A stretch of DNA of 62,459 nt, the filler included, from an uncultured Methanosarcinales archaeon (GTDB lineage Archaea; Nanobdellota; Nanobdellia; Woesearchaeales; CAYMBN01): NCBI GenBank assembly GCA_964388715.1. It is 7 parts of 7 records of this genome, joined end to end, with 100 filler letters (N's around TTAATTAATTAA, not from the genome) between each part and the next. Parts side by side here need not be neighbours in the genome. Positions count along the whole stretch, not along the records: positions 46,229 to 51,906 come from CAYMBN010000021.1; positions 52,007 to 57,664 come from CAYMBN010000022.1; 5 more parts are not named here. One strand, 5' to 3'. The number at the start of each line of letters is the position of its first letter. The stretch's first letter is position 1. The notes under the pieces were generated by a model. It was not told the DNA's origin. It ran no database searches and saw nothing but the letters and a program-made list of their open reading frames with translations. Positions 49,728 through 57,764 of this stretch are shown in pieces. Both the position numbers and the translations under genes were made by a program.

Positions 49728-51469
49728 ACAACCCTCTTAAACTTTTTCTCAAGATCATACTTTGTTAAGTTAATAATAGTGGGACGACCATGCGCACAAG
49801 CATAAGGATCTTTGCATTTGTACAACTTACGTACTAAAGCATACATCTCAGCCATCTCAATCCTGTCTCCTTGCTTGATTGACTTTCTGCAAGCCATTCT
49901 TCTTATGACTTTGTCTTTTATCTGGTCTATGAGCTTTGCTTTGTTTGCATTTAATTCATCTAATATGTCAAGAAGCAATTCTTTTTTCTGTTGTTTATTC
50001 ATTATCACAGGTGTTGACCTTATTAAGAATGTATTTTGACCAAAGTGCTCTACAATGAAGCCATAATTAGTTAATTGTGTTAAGTTTGATTGTAATAATT
50101 GAGAATCTGTTGGACTTAAAGTAATGGTTTCAGGAGAAAGCAATTGTTGTGTTTTTATGCCTTTATCTTCATACTGTTGTTGCAGATTTTCTAGATTAAT
50201 CCTTTCTTCTGCAGCATGCATGTCAATGATCGCAACACCATCAGGAGTTTCAGCTAATATGTAGCAATTATGTGCAAGACCAAGTATGTTTACTTGAGGA
50301 AGTTGTTGTGTTTGTTCACTTGTTGAGACTTGTGTATCTGGTTTTGCCAATGTTTGTTGTGACATTGGTTCAACTACTTTGTTTGCTTTTAGTGCTTCTT
50401 GTTGTTCTGTTATTGGCTTTATTGTTTGGTGGAATGATTTCTGTAATTCTTTGTCAGTTATCTCTCTTTCAGTTACTAAATTATTTTCTTGCAAAGTCTT
50501 TTTTACAGCATCAAACACAATTTGGTAGACTAAACCTTCTTTAGATAATCTGATCTCTTTTTTCGTAGGATGCACATTCACATCTATTGATCTTGCAGGA
50601 ATAGTAATATCTAGAATAACAAACGGATGCCTGTGCAACATTAATAATTCTTTGTAAGAATCATGTATAGCAGAACTAATAATTTTATTCTTCACATACC
50701 TCTTATTAACAAAAACACTTTGCTGTGTTTTATCAGCCCTTGTATAACTAGGTTTAGATATAAACCCTTTTATTTCTATTGAATCAGATGAATAATTAAT
50801 TGGTAAAAGTGTTTTTGCAACATCAGCCCCATATATACTTGCTACATTTGCCAATACATCAGGTGTAAAAGGAGTATTAATAATAATATTTCCATTGCTT
50901 ATTAATTTAAACCCAACCTTGGGATTAATCAAAGAATATCTAATCACAATATCTGTTATGTGTCTTGTTTCATTTTGTATAGATTCTAAATATTTTTTCC
51001 TAGCAGGAGTATTATAAAATAAATTAGAAACCTCGATTACAGTACCAACAGGACAACCAACACTTGCTTTATATTTTATTGTTCCATTTTCCACTTCAAT
51101 AAAAACACCTTCAATTTTTTCTTTAACTCTGGTCGTGATCTTAACGTTACTTACAGCAGCAATTGAAGCCAATGCTTCACCTCTGAAACCCAGTGTATTT
51201 ATGTCAAACAAATCTTGTGTAACAGAAATTTTAGAAGTAGCATGTCTATGAAAACTAAGCATTGCATCTTTTTCATTCATGCCAAAACCATTATCTTGCA
51301 CTTTTATGTAAGACTTACCACCTTCGATTATCTCAACCAATACTTGGTCAGCATATGCGTCTAGTGCATTTTCAATTAATTCTTTTACTACAGAACTAGG
51401 TTTTTCTATCACTTCACCTGCAGCAATCTTATTAATAAGATCTTGAGACAACACCTTTATTTTTGCCAT
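49724..51469 (-). CDS. mutL: DNA mismatch repair endonuclease MutL
   Basis: NKIAAGEVIE, KELIENALDA, GFRGEALASI and DVNVHPTK, plus C-terminal endonuclease motifs DMHAAEERINLE, ACR and CAHGRP. Confidence 0.97.
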   Translation of the reverse strand: MAKIKVLSQDLINKIAAGEVIEKPSSVVKELIENALDAYADQVLVEIIEGGKSYIKVQDNGFGMNEKDAMLSFHRHATSKISVTQDLFDINTLGFRGEALASIAAVSNVKITTRVKEKIEGVFIEVENGTIKYKASVGCPVGTVIEVSNLFYNTPARKKYLESIQNETRHITDIVIRYSLINPKVGFKLISNGNIIINTPFTPDVLANVASIYGADVAKTLLPINYSSDSIEIKGFISKPSYTRADKTQQSVFVNKRYVKNKIISSAIHDSYKELLMLHRHPFVILDITIPARSIDVNVHPTKKEIRLSKEGLVYQIVFDAVKKTLQENNLVTEREITDKELQKSFHQTIKPITEQQEALKANKVVEPMSQQTLAKPDTQVSTSEQTQQLPQVNILGLAHNCYILAETPDGVAIIDMHAAEERINLENLQQQYEDKGIKTQQLLSPETITLSPTDSQLLQSNLTQLTNYGFIVEHFGQNTFLIRSTPVIMNKQQKKELLLDILDELNANKAKLIDQIKDKVIRRMACRKSIKQGDRIEMAEMYALVRKLYKCKDPYACAHGRPTIINLTKYDLEKKFKRVV

Positions 51470-51619
51470 ATTTTTAGGTTAGATGCAAGTGTTTTTATAT
51501 ATTATTATATTTAACCCTATAATAAGTATGTGATTCTTCCGGACCTATATACTCCAGTATATAAATACTTTTATATGATAAAATCAGAGTATATAGTTAA
51601 TATATTTTAGGGGGCATAG

Positions 51620-51808
51620 ATGAAACTAAAAACATTGTTTAGAAGAATGAAAGATGATTTTGAGGTTAAATATAAACACAATGATTTAGAGGTTTTTTCT
51701 TTTGATCTTAAGAATAGGAAAAAAACAAGGATAGACATAAATAAATGCGTAGAATTTGAAAAATACATAAATGGATTAAGAAAAAAGAAAGAATTAATCA
51801 CCAAATAG
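51620..51808 (+). CDS. Small basic hypothetical protein
   Basis: 62-aa ORF with a G-rich upstream segment, divergent from mutL. Confidence 0.4.
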   Translation: MKLKTLFRRMKDDFEVKYKHNDLEVFSFDLKNRKKTRIDINKCVEFEKYINGLRKKKELITK

Positions 51809-51906
51809 TAACAAAAAAGCAAAGATTTATAAATTGCGAAATTTTGAGCTTAGCCCGTGAAAGGGTGGAATCATATGTTTTTATTTTGTGTGAAAAAATT
51901 GTTTCG

Positions 51907-52006
51907 NNNNNNNNNNNNNNNNNNNNNNNNNNNNNNNNNNNNNNNNNNNNTTAATTAATTAANNNNNNNNNNNNNNNNNNNNNNNNNNNNNNNNNNNNNN
52001 NNNNNN
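51907..52006. other. Artificial contig spacer
   Basis: N44-TTAATTAATTAA-N44. Confidence 0.98.
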
Positions 52007-55000
52007 TTATTTAGAATGGGGAATATGGATCGCGATTCTTTTGGTAGTTATGCTAGCAACTCTGTAATTTCCAATATCGCAAGAAGGCCAAGTTAGATCA
52101 AGACTATTATTAGGTGTTATTGATTTTGGAGCTATAAGTTCTTCAGGGGCTGTGGAAGGATATTCTTTATACACTGTAAATGTTCCAGATGAATTCAAAC
52201 TATCATTTCCACCATTACTAGAATTTGCAAACACATTCATCTTAAATCCACTACCAACAGTAGTCGGAGTCACATTCCAAGTTATTTTATCATAAGCTCC
52301 TTGAGTTACATTCCCTAGATACTGTGATTGATTATATATTATCCAACTTGCTGCTGTTGAAGGCTCTGTTGTATTTGCTATTGTCCATGAATCTTGGGAT
52401 TTTGCTTGCCAAGATGTAATTGTTGCATTTACAGAAAAGTTATTATTTTCAAATGCTTGTGTAGGTACTAAAACTCCTGCAGCAGGATAAACATCAATTT
52501 CTGTTGTACAGCCTTGTTTTACAAGTTCAATAGTATAATTTCCATCAGAAGAATTTGTATTATAATTTTCTTCACTGCCATTTATTTCAGCTTTCCATAA
52601 TTGATCTCCACCCACCCATCCTTCACAGACTTCAAATGAGAAATTAAGGACTGCATGCCCTGTTGAATTTGTTGTTGATATTCCAATTATCTTTTCATCA
52701 TTGTCTGGATAGTCTACATGTAAAAGTTTGAATACAACTGTTGCATTTGGACCTGTTACATTGTAACTATCTTTATCTTTGTCATATACTCTTGCAACTA
52801 ATAACTGTGAAGTTTGATTTCTAGTGACATTAGATTCATTACCAGCCCCACCATATGTAATGTTTACATTATCTTTATCAACTGTTATGTAGTTTGTAGT
52901 ACCTGAAGTTGATTCTGTTGTACCGGGGTTGTCCATCTTAAATTGATAGAACCACTGGCCTTGATCTTCATATGTAAAGTTTCTTTCCCAATACATTGAT
53001 TGGCCTGAACAAGTTGAACAATTTAGTGGAGTTTGATTGTAACAACTATATGTAGCATTGCAAACCGTTGTAGGATTAACACCTGTTCCCATATATAACG
53101 TAACATTAATTATGTTATTTGCATCTCCAGAACTTGCAGTAACATTAAATTGCCAATTGGGATTTCCCCAACCTTGTGTTGTAGGATAGGCTGTTGGCGA
53201 ACTTAATTCATATTTAGGTAATAAATAGAAGTAACCTCCAGGAGAGCCGGTATTATTAGTATGATTATCATAATGATATGTTGCATTACTGTTTAAAGTT
53301 AAATTATACCATCCTTCAGGAGTTGTTAAATCAGTTACATAGTTACACCTGAAAGCATTTGCACCAATTAATGATGTATCACTACATGCAAAACTTGAAG
53401 AACTAGCATTTGCATAATAAGTTACATTTGCACTTCCCAAAGAATCACCACAATCATCCCATGTAGAACCTAAGAAACTTATTGTATCTTCTTGTGTTTT
53501 ATTTGCAGTTGTTGGTTCATCAAATAATAGGGTAATATCTCCCCTAGTAGATAAATTAAATTCTTCAGACGCTGTTGTTTTATAACATTCTGCACCTGTT
53601 ACTTCCCCCTTCCAATCTCTATCCCCCACAGTATATTTTGTAGGACTACATGACGCATTAAAATTATAAGCAGAGTAACCAGTACTATTTGTAGAAACAT
53701 TTGTACCAGCATCATAATTAGCAGCATCAAATTTAACTTTAAATGTAATATTAACATTTTCAGGATAAGTTGCATTATCCTGGTCAAATATTCTTAAAAT
53801 AAGCTCATCTAGTTGGTCTCCAGACCTGTTTGCAATACTATTATTACCTGCAGATAGTTGAAGTTCAATGTCATTTTGTTCAATGTCAAAATCATAAGCT
53901 GTTGTAGTAGTGCTATTACTTTCATTATCAATAAGGAAGAATCTATATTGACCGGAGGTTGTGATATTGCTACAAGTGAAGTTGCTTATTGAAAAGTTAT
54001 AAATTCCCCAAGTATCACATGAAGTTAAACAAGTTTCATTTTCAAATGTTTGCCAGCCAGAATCAGTATATACTTGCAAACTCATGTTAAAGGGATTGTT
54101 TTCACTATCACTAGCATTTATAGTAAAATTCCATGTTTCACCCCATCCTGCTGCAGCATCTGTTTGAACCCCATTAACAGTAGTATTTTCAGTATCTGGA
54201 GCACCTTCTACTGCGGCAACAATATTTATTTGAAATGCACAGTCATTTCCCCCATCCACACATTCGTTAGTAGATGAAGCAGAAGCTGTTACATTAGCTT
54301 CTGTAGAATATCCCGTGTCATCTGTAGCATTAAATTTAAATTCCCAATTCCCGACGTCTGCTTCAACAAAAGACACAACCCAAGATAGGGAATCATCATG
54401 GGGTGATTGCGCACTACAGTTTTCACATGATTTATTAGGTGTTTCTTCTGTCCATGTTGCTCCTATTTTTCTAGTCCATAATTTTACTGTTGTATTTGCA
54501 TCGGGATTTGTAACATTAATTGTAAAAGTTAATGATTCTTCCCAAGTTGCACTTTCTGCAGAAACATATGCATCATGAATTATTGGTGTCCAACACCAAG
54601 TATAGTTTATATTAAATACATCTGCTATGACCTGGGTCTTGAATCCATCTGCATAAGCATAAAGTGTTACAATATAACCCCTACCAGATTCATTAAATCC
54701 TTGGTTTGCAGTATTACATGTTGTGGGGCTTGTCCCAATTCCACATTCCCATCTAGGGCCCAATGTTTGAGATATTTCCAATGTTTGATTTAAGTAAGAA
54801 AGATATCTTGTACCGTTTGTAGGTGTATTTGATTCAGTGCTGTTTGCTAATAAAAAGTAACCTTCACCTGCAAGAGCTTCATTCATACTTCCTGCGTTAA
54901 TATATCTTGCAAAACCAAAAATAGAATAAATATCACAAATTTTTGGCCCAGGACAAATATTTCCAATTGTCCAATTAACATCAGTGGACCATGCACCTGT

Positions 55001-55198
55001 ATCTTTTGTAGCTACAATTCCCAAATCTGAAGTAGCATCTTGCTTGATTTCACAAGTTAAATTACCATCATATGTTTGAGCTGATTTTCCAGCCTCAAGA
55101 GAGGAAGAAAATGTAATTACTAATAATAAGGCAATTGCTAGGAAAATCATTATTCCTGCTTTTTCTATCATTGCTCTTTTATTCACTGCGTACACCAT
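52007..55198 (-). CDS. Large secreted glycoprotein/S-layer-like protein with an internal duplication and many N-x-S/T sequons
   Basis: N-terminal hydrophobic helix and two related blocks (GWGETWNFTINAS.. / GWGNPNWQFNVTAS..; STNSTGYS / TTNSTGHA). The stop falls exactly at the contig edge, so the true end is uncertain. Confidence 0.8.
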   Translation of the reverse strand: MVYAVNKRAMIEKAGIMIFLAIALLLVITFSSSLEAGKSAQTYDGNLTCEIKQDATSDLGIVATKDTGAWSTDVNWTIGNICPGPKICDIYSIFGFARYINAGSMNEALAGEGYFLLANSTESNTPTNGTRYLSYLNQTLEISQTLGPRWECGIGTSPTTCNTANQGFNESGRGYIVTLYAYADGFKTQVIADVFNINYTWCWTPIIHDAYVSAESATWEESLTFTINVTNPDANTTVKLWTRKIGATWTEETPNKSCENCSAQSPHDDSLSWVVSFVEADVGNWEFKFNATDDTGYSTEANVTASASSTNECVDGGNDCAFQINIVAAVEGAPDTENTTVNGVQTDAAAGWGETWNFTINASDSENNPFNMSLQVYTDSGWQTFENETCLTSCDTWGIYNFSISNFTCSNITTSGQYRFFLIDNESNSTTTTAYDFDIEQNDIELQLSAGNNSIANRSGDQLDELILRIFDQDNATYPENVNITFKVKFDAANYDAGTNVSTNSTGYSAYNFNASCSPTKYTVGDRDWKGEVTGAECYKTTASEEFNLSTRGDITLLFDEPTTANKTQEDTISFLGSTWDDCGDSLGSANVTYYANASSSSFACSDTSLIGANAFRCNYVTDLTTPEGWYNLTLNSNATYHYDNHTNNTGSPGGYFYLLPKYELSSPTAYPTTQGWGNPNWQFNVTASSGDANNIINVTLYMGTGVNPTTVCNATYSCYNQTPLNCSTCSGQSMYWERNFTYEDQGQWFYQFKMDNPGTTESTSGTTNYITVDKDNVNITYGGAGNESNVTRNQTSQLLVARVYDKDKDSYNVTGPNATVVFKLLHVDYPDNDEKIIGISTTNSTGHAVLNFSFEVCEGWVGGDQLWKAEINGSEENYNTNSSDGNYTIELVKQGCTTEIDVYPAAGVLVPTQAFENNNFSVNATITSWQAKSQDSWTIANTTEPSTAASWIIYNQSQYLGNVTQGAYDKITWNVTPTTVGSGFKMNVFANSSNGGNDSLNSSGTFTVYKEYPSTAPEELIAPKSITPNNSLDLTWPSCDIGNYRVASITTKRIAIHIPHSK

Positions 55199-56130
55199 TT
55201 ATATTTAATTTCAAAAACATCTACAATAGAATATTGAGATGCATGTGTTTTGATCCCATAACAAGAGGCACCGCCATAGTTACCTGTGATTTCTTCCTCA
55301 CACTTTCTGTTTGGGTTTTTGTCACAATAGTTATCTAATTTTACATCTCCCTCTTTCAGGGATTCGTAAGCTAGATATTTTAGATAGACACCTTGTTCAG
55401 GATTATTACATTGTGATTCATTTGGATTTGAAATTTGAATATAACCTTCTCCTTCAACCATTGTTTCAATTGGAATTGGATACAGGAATCTTGCCTTGAC
55501 TTCAATATCTGCTAAAACACAATTATCACATGTTTTGTTAGGATACCAGGAATAGTATTTGATAGATCCCCCCTGTTCCTGACTATATCCACTTGACCAT
55601 AAAATATTTTCATTAAACTCTTGGCAATTAAGCCCTGTTAAAGTTTCTACAGTGTAATTTGCTTTATTTTGAATTTCCATGCTTTCTGTTTTTCCATTTT
55701 CAATAATAATTTCCTTTGAACTTGGATTTAGATATTGAGTAGACGAGCCCTGGAAAATTCCGGATATAGAATAAGTTCCAGGGCTGGTGTTAGGAAGGTC
55801 GAAATTTCTTTCGATGTAACCGTTGGAGTTAGTTTTATCGGTTACTATGAGGTTTGAATCTAAATATAATTTTAATTCTTGATCTTCTAATAAGGTTGAA
55901 TCATCTAAAACAAGTGTTGCTCTTACTAATGACTCTTGTTTTGTAATTTCAATAGATGTATCTGCAAATACTTGAATTTCAATTTCTTTTTCAATAATGT
56001 TTTCAGTTTGTGTTGCAAAACCTGTTAAAGGAAAGTTTGTTATAAGTAGGGTAACTGCTAAAACAGCTAAAGATACAACTGTTACAACTAACAATTCTCT
56101 TCGGTTTTCTTTGGTTTTTCTCTTTTTCAT
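55183..56130 (-). CDS. Membrane-anchored protein with an Ig-like domain and a Cys-containing domain shared with the downstream gene
   Basis: TM ending in TGFA, an Ig-like L.DQELKLYLD....KTNSNGY...PGTY segment, and a C-terminal GEGY..YL.YL..DVF.I.Y.WC domain. Confidence 0.75.
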   Translation of the reverse strand: MKKRKTKENRRELLVVTVVSLAVLAVTLLITNFPLTGFATQTENIIEKEIEIQVFADTSIEITKQESLVRATLVLDDSTLLEDQELKLYLDSNLIVTDKTNSNGYIERNFDLPNTSPGTYSISGIFQGSSTQYLNPSSKEIIIENGKTESMEIQNKANYTVETLTGLNCQEFNENILWSSGYSQEQGGSIKYYSWYPNKTCDNCVLADIEVKARFLYPIPIETMVEGEGYIQISNPNESQCNNPEQGVYLKYLAYESLKEGDVKLDNYCDKNPNRKCEEEITGNYGGASCYGIKTHASQYSIVDVFEIKYKWCTQ

Positions 56131-56131
56131 C

Positions 56132-56755
56132 TTAATAACTTACCAACATTTTTATTTTGTTAATTCCAAGAGATGTTGTGAATGAAGTTTTGATAGTTAT
56201 TTCAGATTCATACCCTTCTTCAGAAACAATTCTTTCAATTGTTTCTTTTTGGTTTCCCTGAACAATTTCAAATCCCCTTGGAAGTTTCCATTCTATTGAG
56301 ATGTCTTTTACATCTTCATTTTCCAAGTTTGAAATTAGTGCTTTCAAAACCATTTCATTTCCTCTTGTTGTTTTTTCATCATATAAAATTTCAATATCAA
56401 GTTTAGGAGGTTGAATCCCCAGAGCACCTTCTAGATCAGATGGCAATTGATCTTCTGGCAACTCTGGGGAAGGTTCTTGTGTCTGGTTAGTCTCATTTAC
56501 TTGGGTTGAGACATTTTCTACAGGCTGTTGAGGGGTTGTATCAATTGTTTCATTTTCAGAAACTTCAATAATCTCTGAAACATTTTCTACAACAAGCGTT
56601 TCATTAACAAGCTCTTCACTAATTCCTTCGAGAGGTTGAGTTTCGTTAGAAGTTTCGTTCTGAGCTGTTAATGGAACTAATATGATTAAGAATATGATTA
56701 GGATTAAGAATATTTTTTGTAGTCTTGCAGATTTATCTTTAATAATTTTTATCAT
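56132..56755 (-). CDS. Secreted protein with an acidic linker and one Ig-like (DUF11/NPCBM-like) domain
   Basis: Signal peptide, an E/N/T-rich linker and ISNL..DVKDISIEWKLPRGF. Confidence 0.7.
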   Translation of the reverse strand: MIKIIKDKSARLQKIFLILIIFLIILVPLTAQNETSNETQPLEGISEELVNETLVVENVSEIIEVSENETIDTTPQQPVENVSTQVNETNQTQEPSPELPEDQLPSDLEGALGIQPPKLDIEILYDEKTTRGNEMVLKALISNLENEDVKDISIEWKLPRGFEIVQGNQKETIERIVSEEGYESEITIKTSFTTSLGINKIKMLVSY

Positions 56756-57015
56756 TTTTTACCTCCCTTATTTTTATCGTCGGAAAATGCATCTTTTTCC
56801 CACCAAATCCAAACACCTTTTCCTGGACCTACAAACTTGCCTTTGATAAGGCTGTCTCCTCGCAACAAAGTTAATCTATACATTAATTTTGTTCTTGTAA
56901 CATTTGAAATAACTTTATTAATTTTCTCTTGAATCTCTTTTGTTTCTAGGGGCTCTGCTGATTCTTCTACTATTTTTAGAATTGCTTTTGCTATGTTATC
57001 TAGCATTAATTTCAA
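56752..57015 (-). CDS. Small winged-helix DNA-binding protein
   Basis: AILKIVEES.EPLETKEI....VTRTKLMYRL..L.G...IKGK.VG..KGVWIWW. It heads the surface-protein operon (ATGA overlap). Confidence 0.7.
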   Translation of the reverse strand: MKLMLDNIAKAILKIVEESAEPLETKEIQEKINKVISNVTRTKLMYRLTLLRGDSLIKGKFVGPGKGVWIWWEKDAFSDDKNKGGKK

Positions 57016-57228
57016 CCTCTCTCCGGAATTATAATTTATAATGAATGTTTATTTATAAATGTATTCATAGATTAATGTATACATTCATAGGTAGATATAG
57101 ATGAACATATAGATGTATAATGTATTGTAATATATATGTTATAAAGAATATATTAGGATATATATGATAAAGGACATAAGAAGTAGTGCCTGCAAAACAT
57201 TTAAATACTAATTTGTAGTACCTAAATC

Positions 57229-57664
57229 ATGGCATTTATTGTTAAGAAAAATATTCATGGAAAAGATTATTATTATCTTAATCAAAGTAAAAGAGAAGGT
57301 GATAAGGTTAGGACAAAGACACTTGCTTATTTAGGAAAAAATAAAAAAGAAGCAGAAAAAAAAGCAAAAAAGATAATAAAAGAGTTGGAAGTTGGGAAAA
57401 AACCTGAAAAAAAAGTTGAGAAAAAACAAATTAAGGCAAAAACAAAATTAGAAAAAAGAGAGCTTTCTATTGAAGAACTAGCAACTTTTTGTAAAAGAAG
57501 AGGTTTTGTTTACCAATCAGGAAATATTTATGGTGGGTTTGCTGGATTTTGGGACTTTGGCCACATTGGATCTGAATTAAAAAATAATATTAAAAATCAA
57601 TGGTGGAATTTTCATGTTAGGCAAAGAGAAGATATGGCTGGAATTGATGGTTCTATTATAACAC
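57229..57664 (+). CDS. glyS: Glycyl-tRNA synthetase (alpha2 type) with an N-terminal extension, 3'-truncated
   Basis: LATFCKRRGFVYQSGNIYGGFAGFWDFGHIGSELKNNIKNQWW is the GlyRS motif-1 region. Confidence 0.9.
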
Positions 57665-57764
57665 NNNNNNNNNNNNNNNNNNNNNNNNNNNNNNNNNNNN
57701 NNNNNNNNTTAATTAATTAANNNNNNNNNNNNNNNNNNNNNNNNNNNNNNNNNNNNNNNNNNNN
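57665..57764. other. Artificial contig spacer
   Basis: N44-TTAATTAATTAA-N44. Confidence 0.98.

Noticed and set aside
51846..51906. Possible ncRNA or tRNA start (gcccgtgaaagggt hairpin after a TATA box)
   Set aside because: The stem is only 3-4 bp with no cloverleaf. It is more likely the leader/RBS of a gene truncated by the contig end.
52007..52050. Genuine C-terminus of the 1063-aa protein
   Set aside because: The stop falls exactly at the contig edge after an out-of-character tail (KRIAIHIPHSK) and no C-terminal anchor is present. It may be an end artefact, so I draw no conclusion.
16688..57764. Six recurring TTAATTAATTAA palindromes and ORFs ending in X…LIN
   Set aside because: These are artificial scaffold linkers with six-frame stops, not biological repeats. 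Adjacency across them is meaningless except at 37817-37916, where the flanks overlap.
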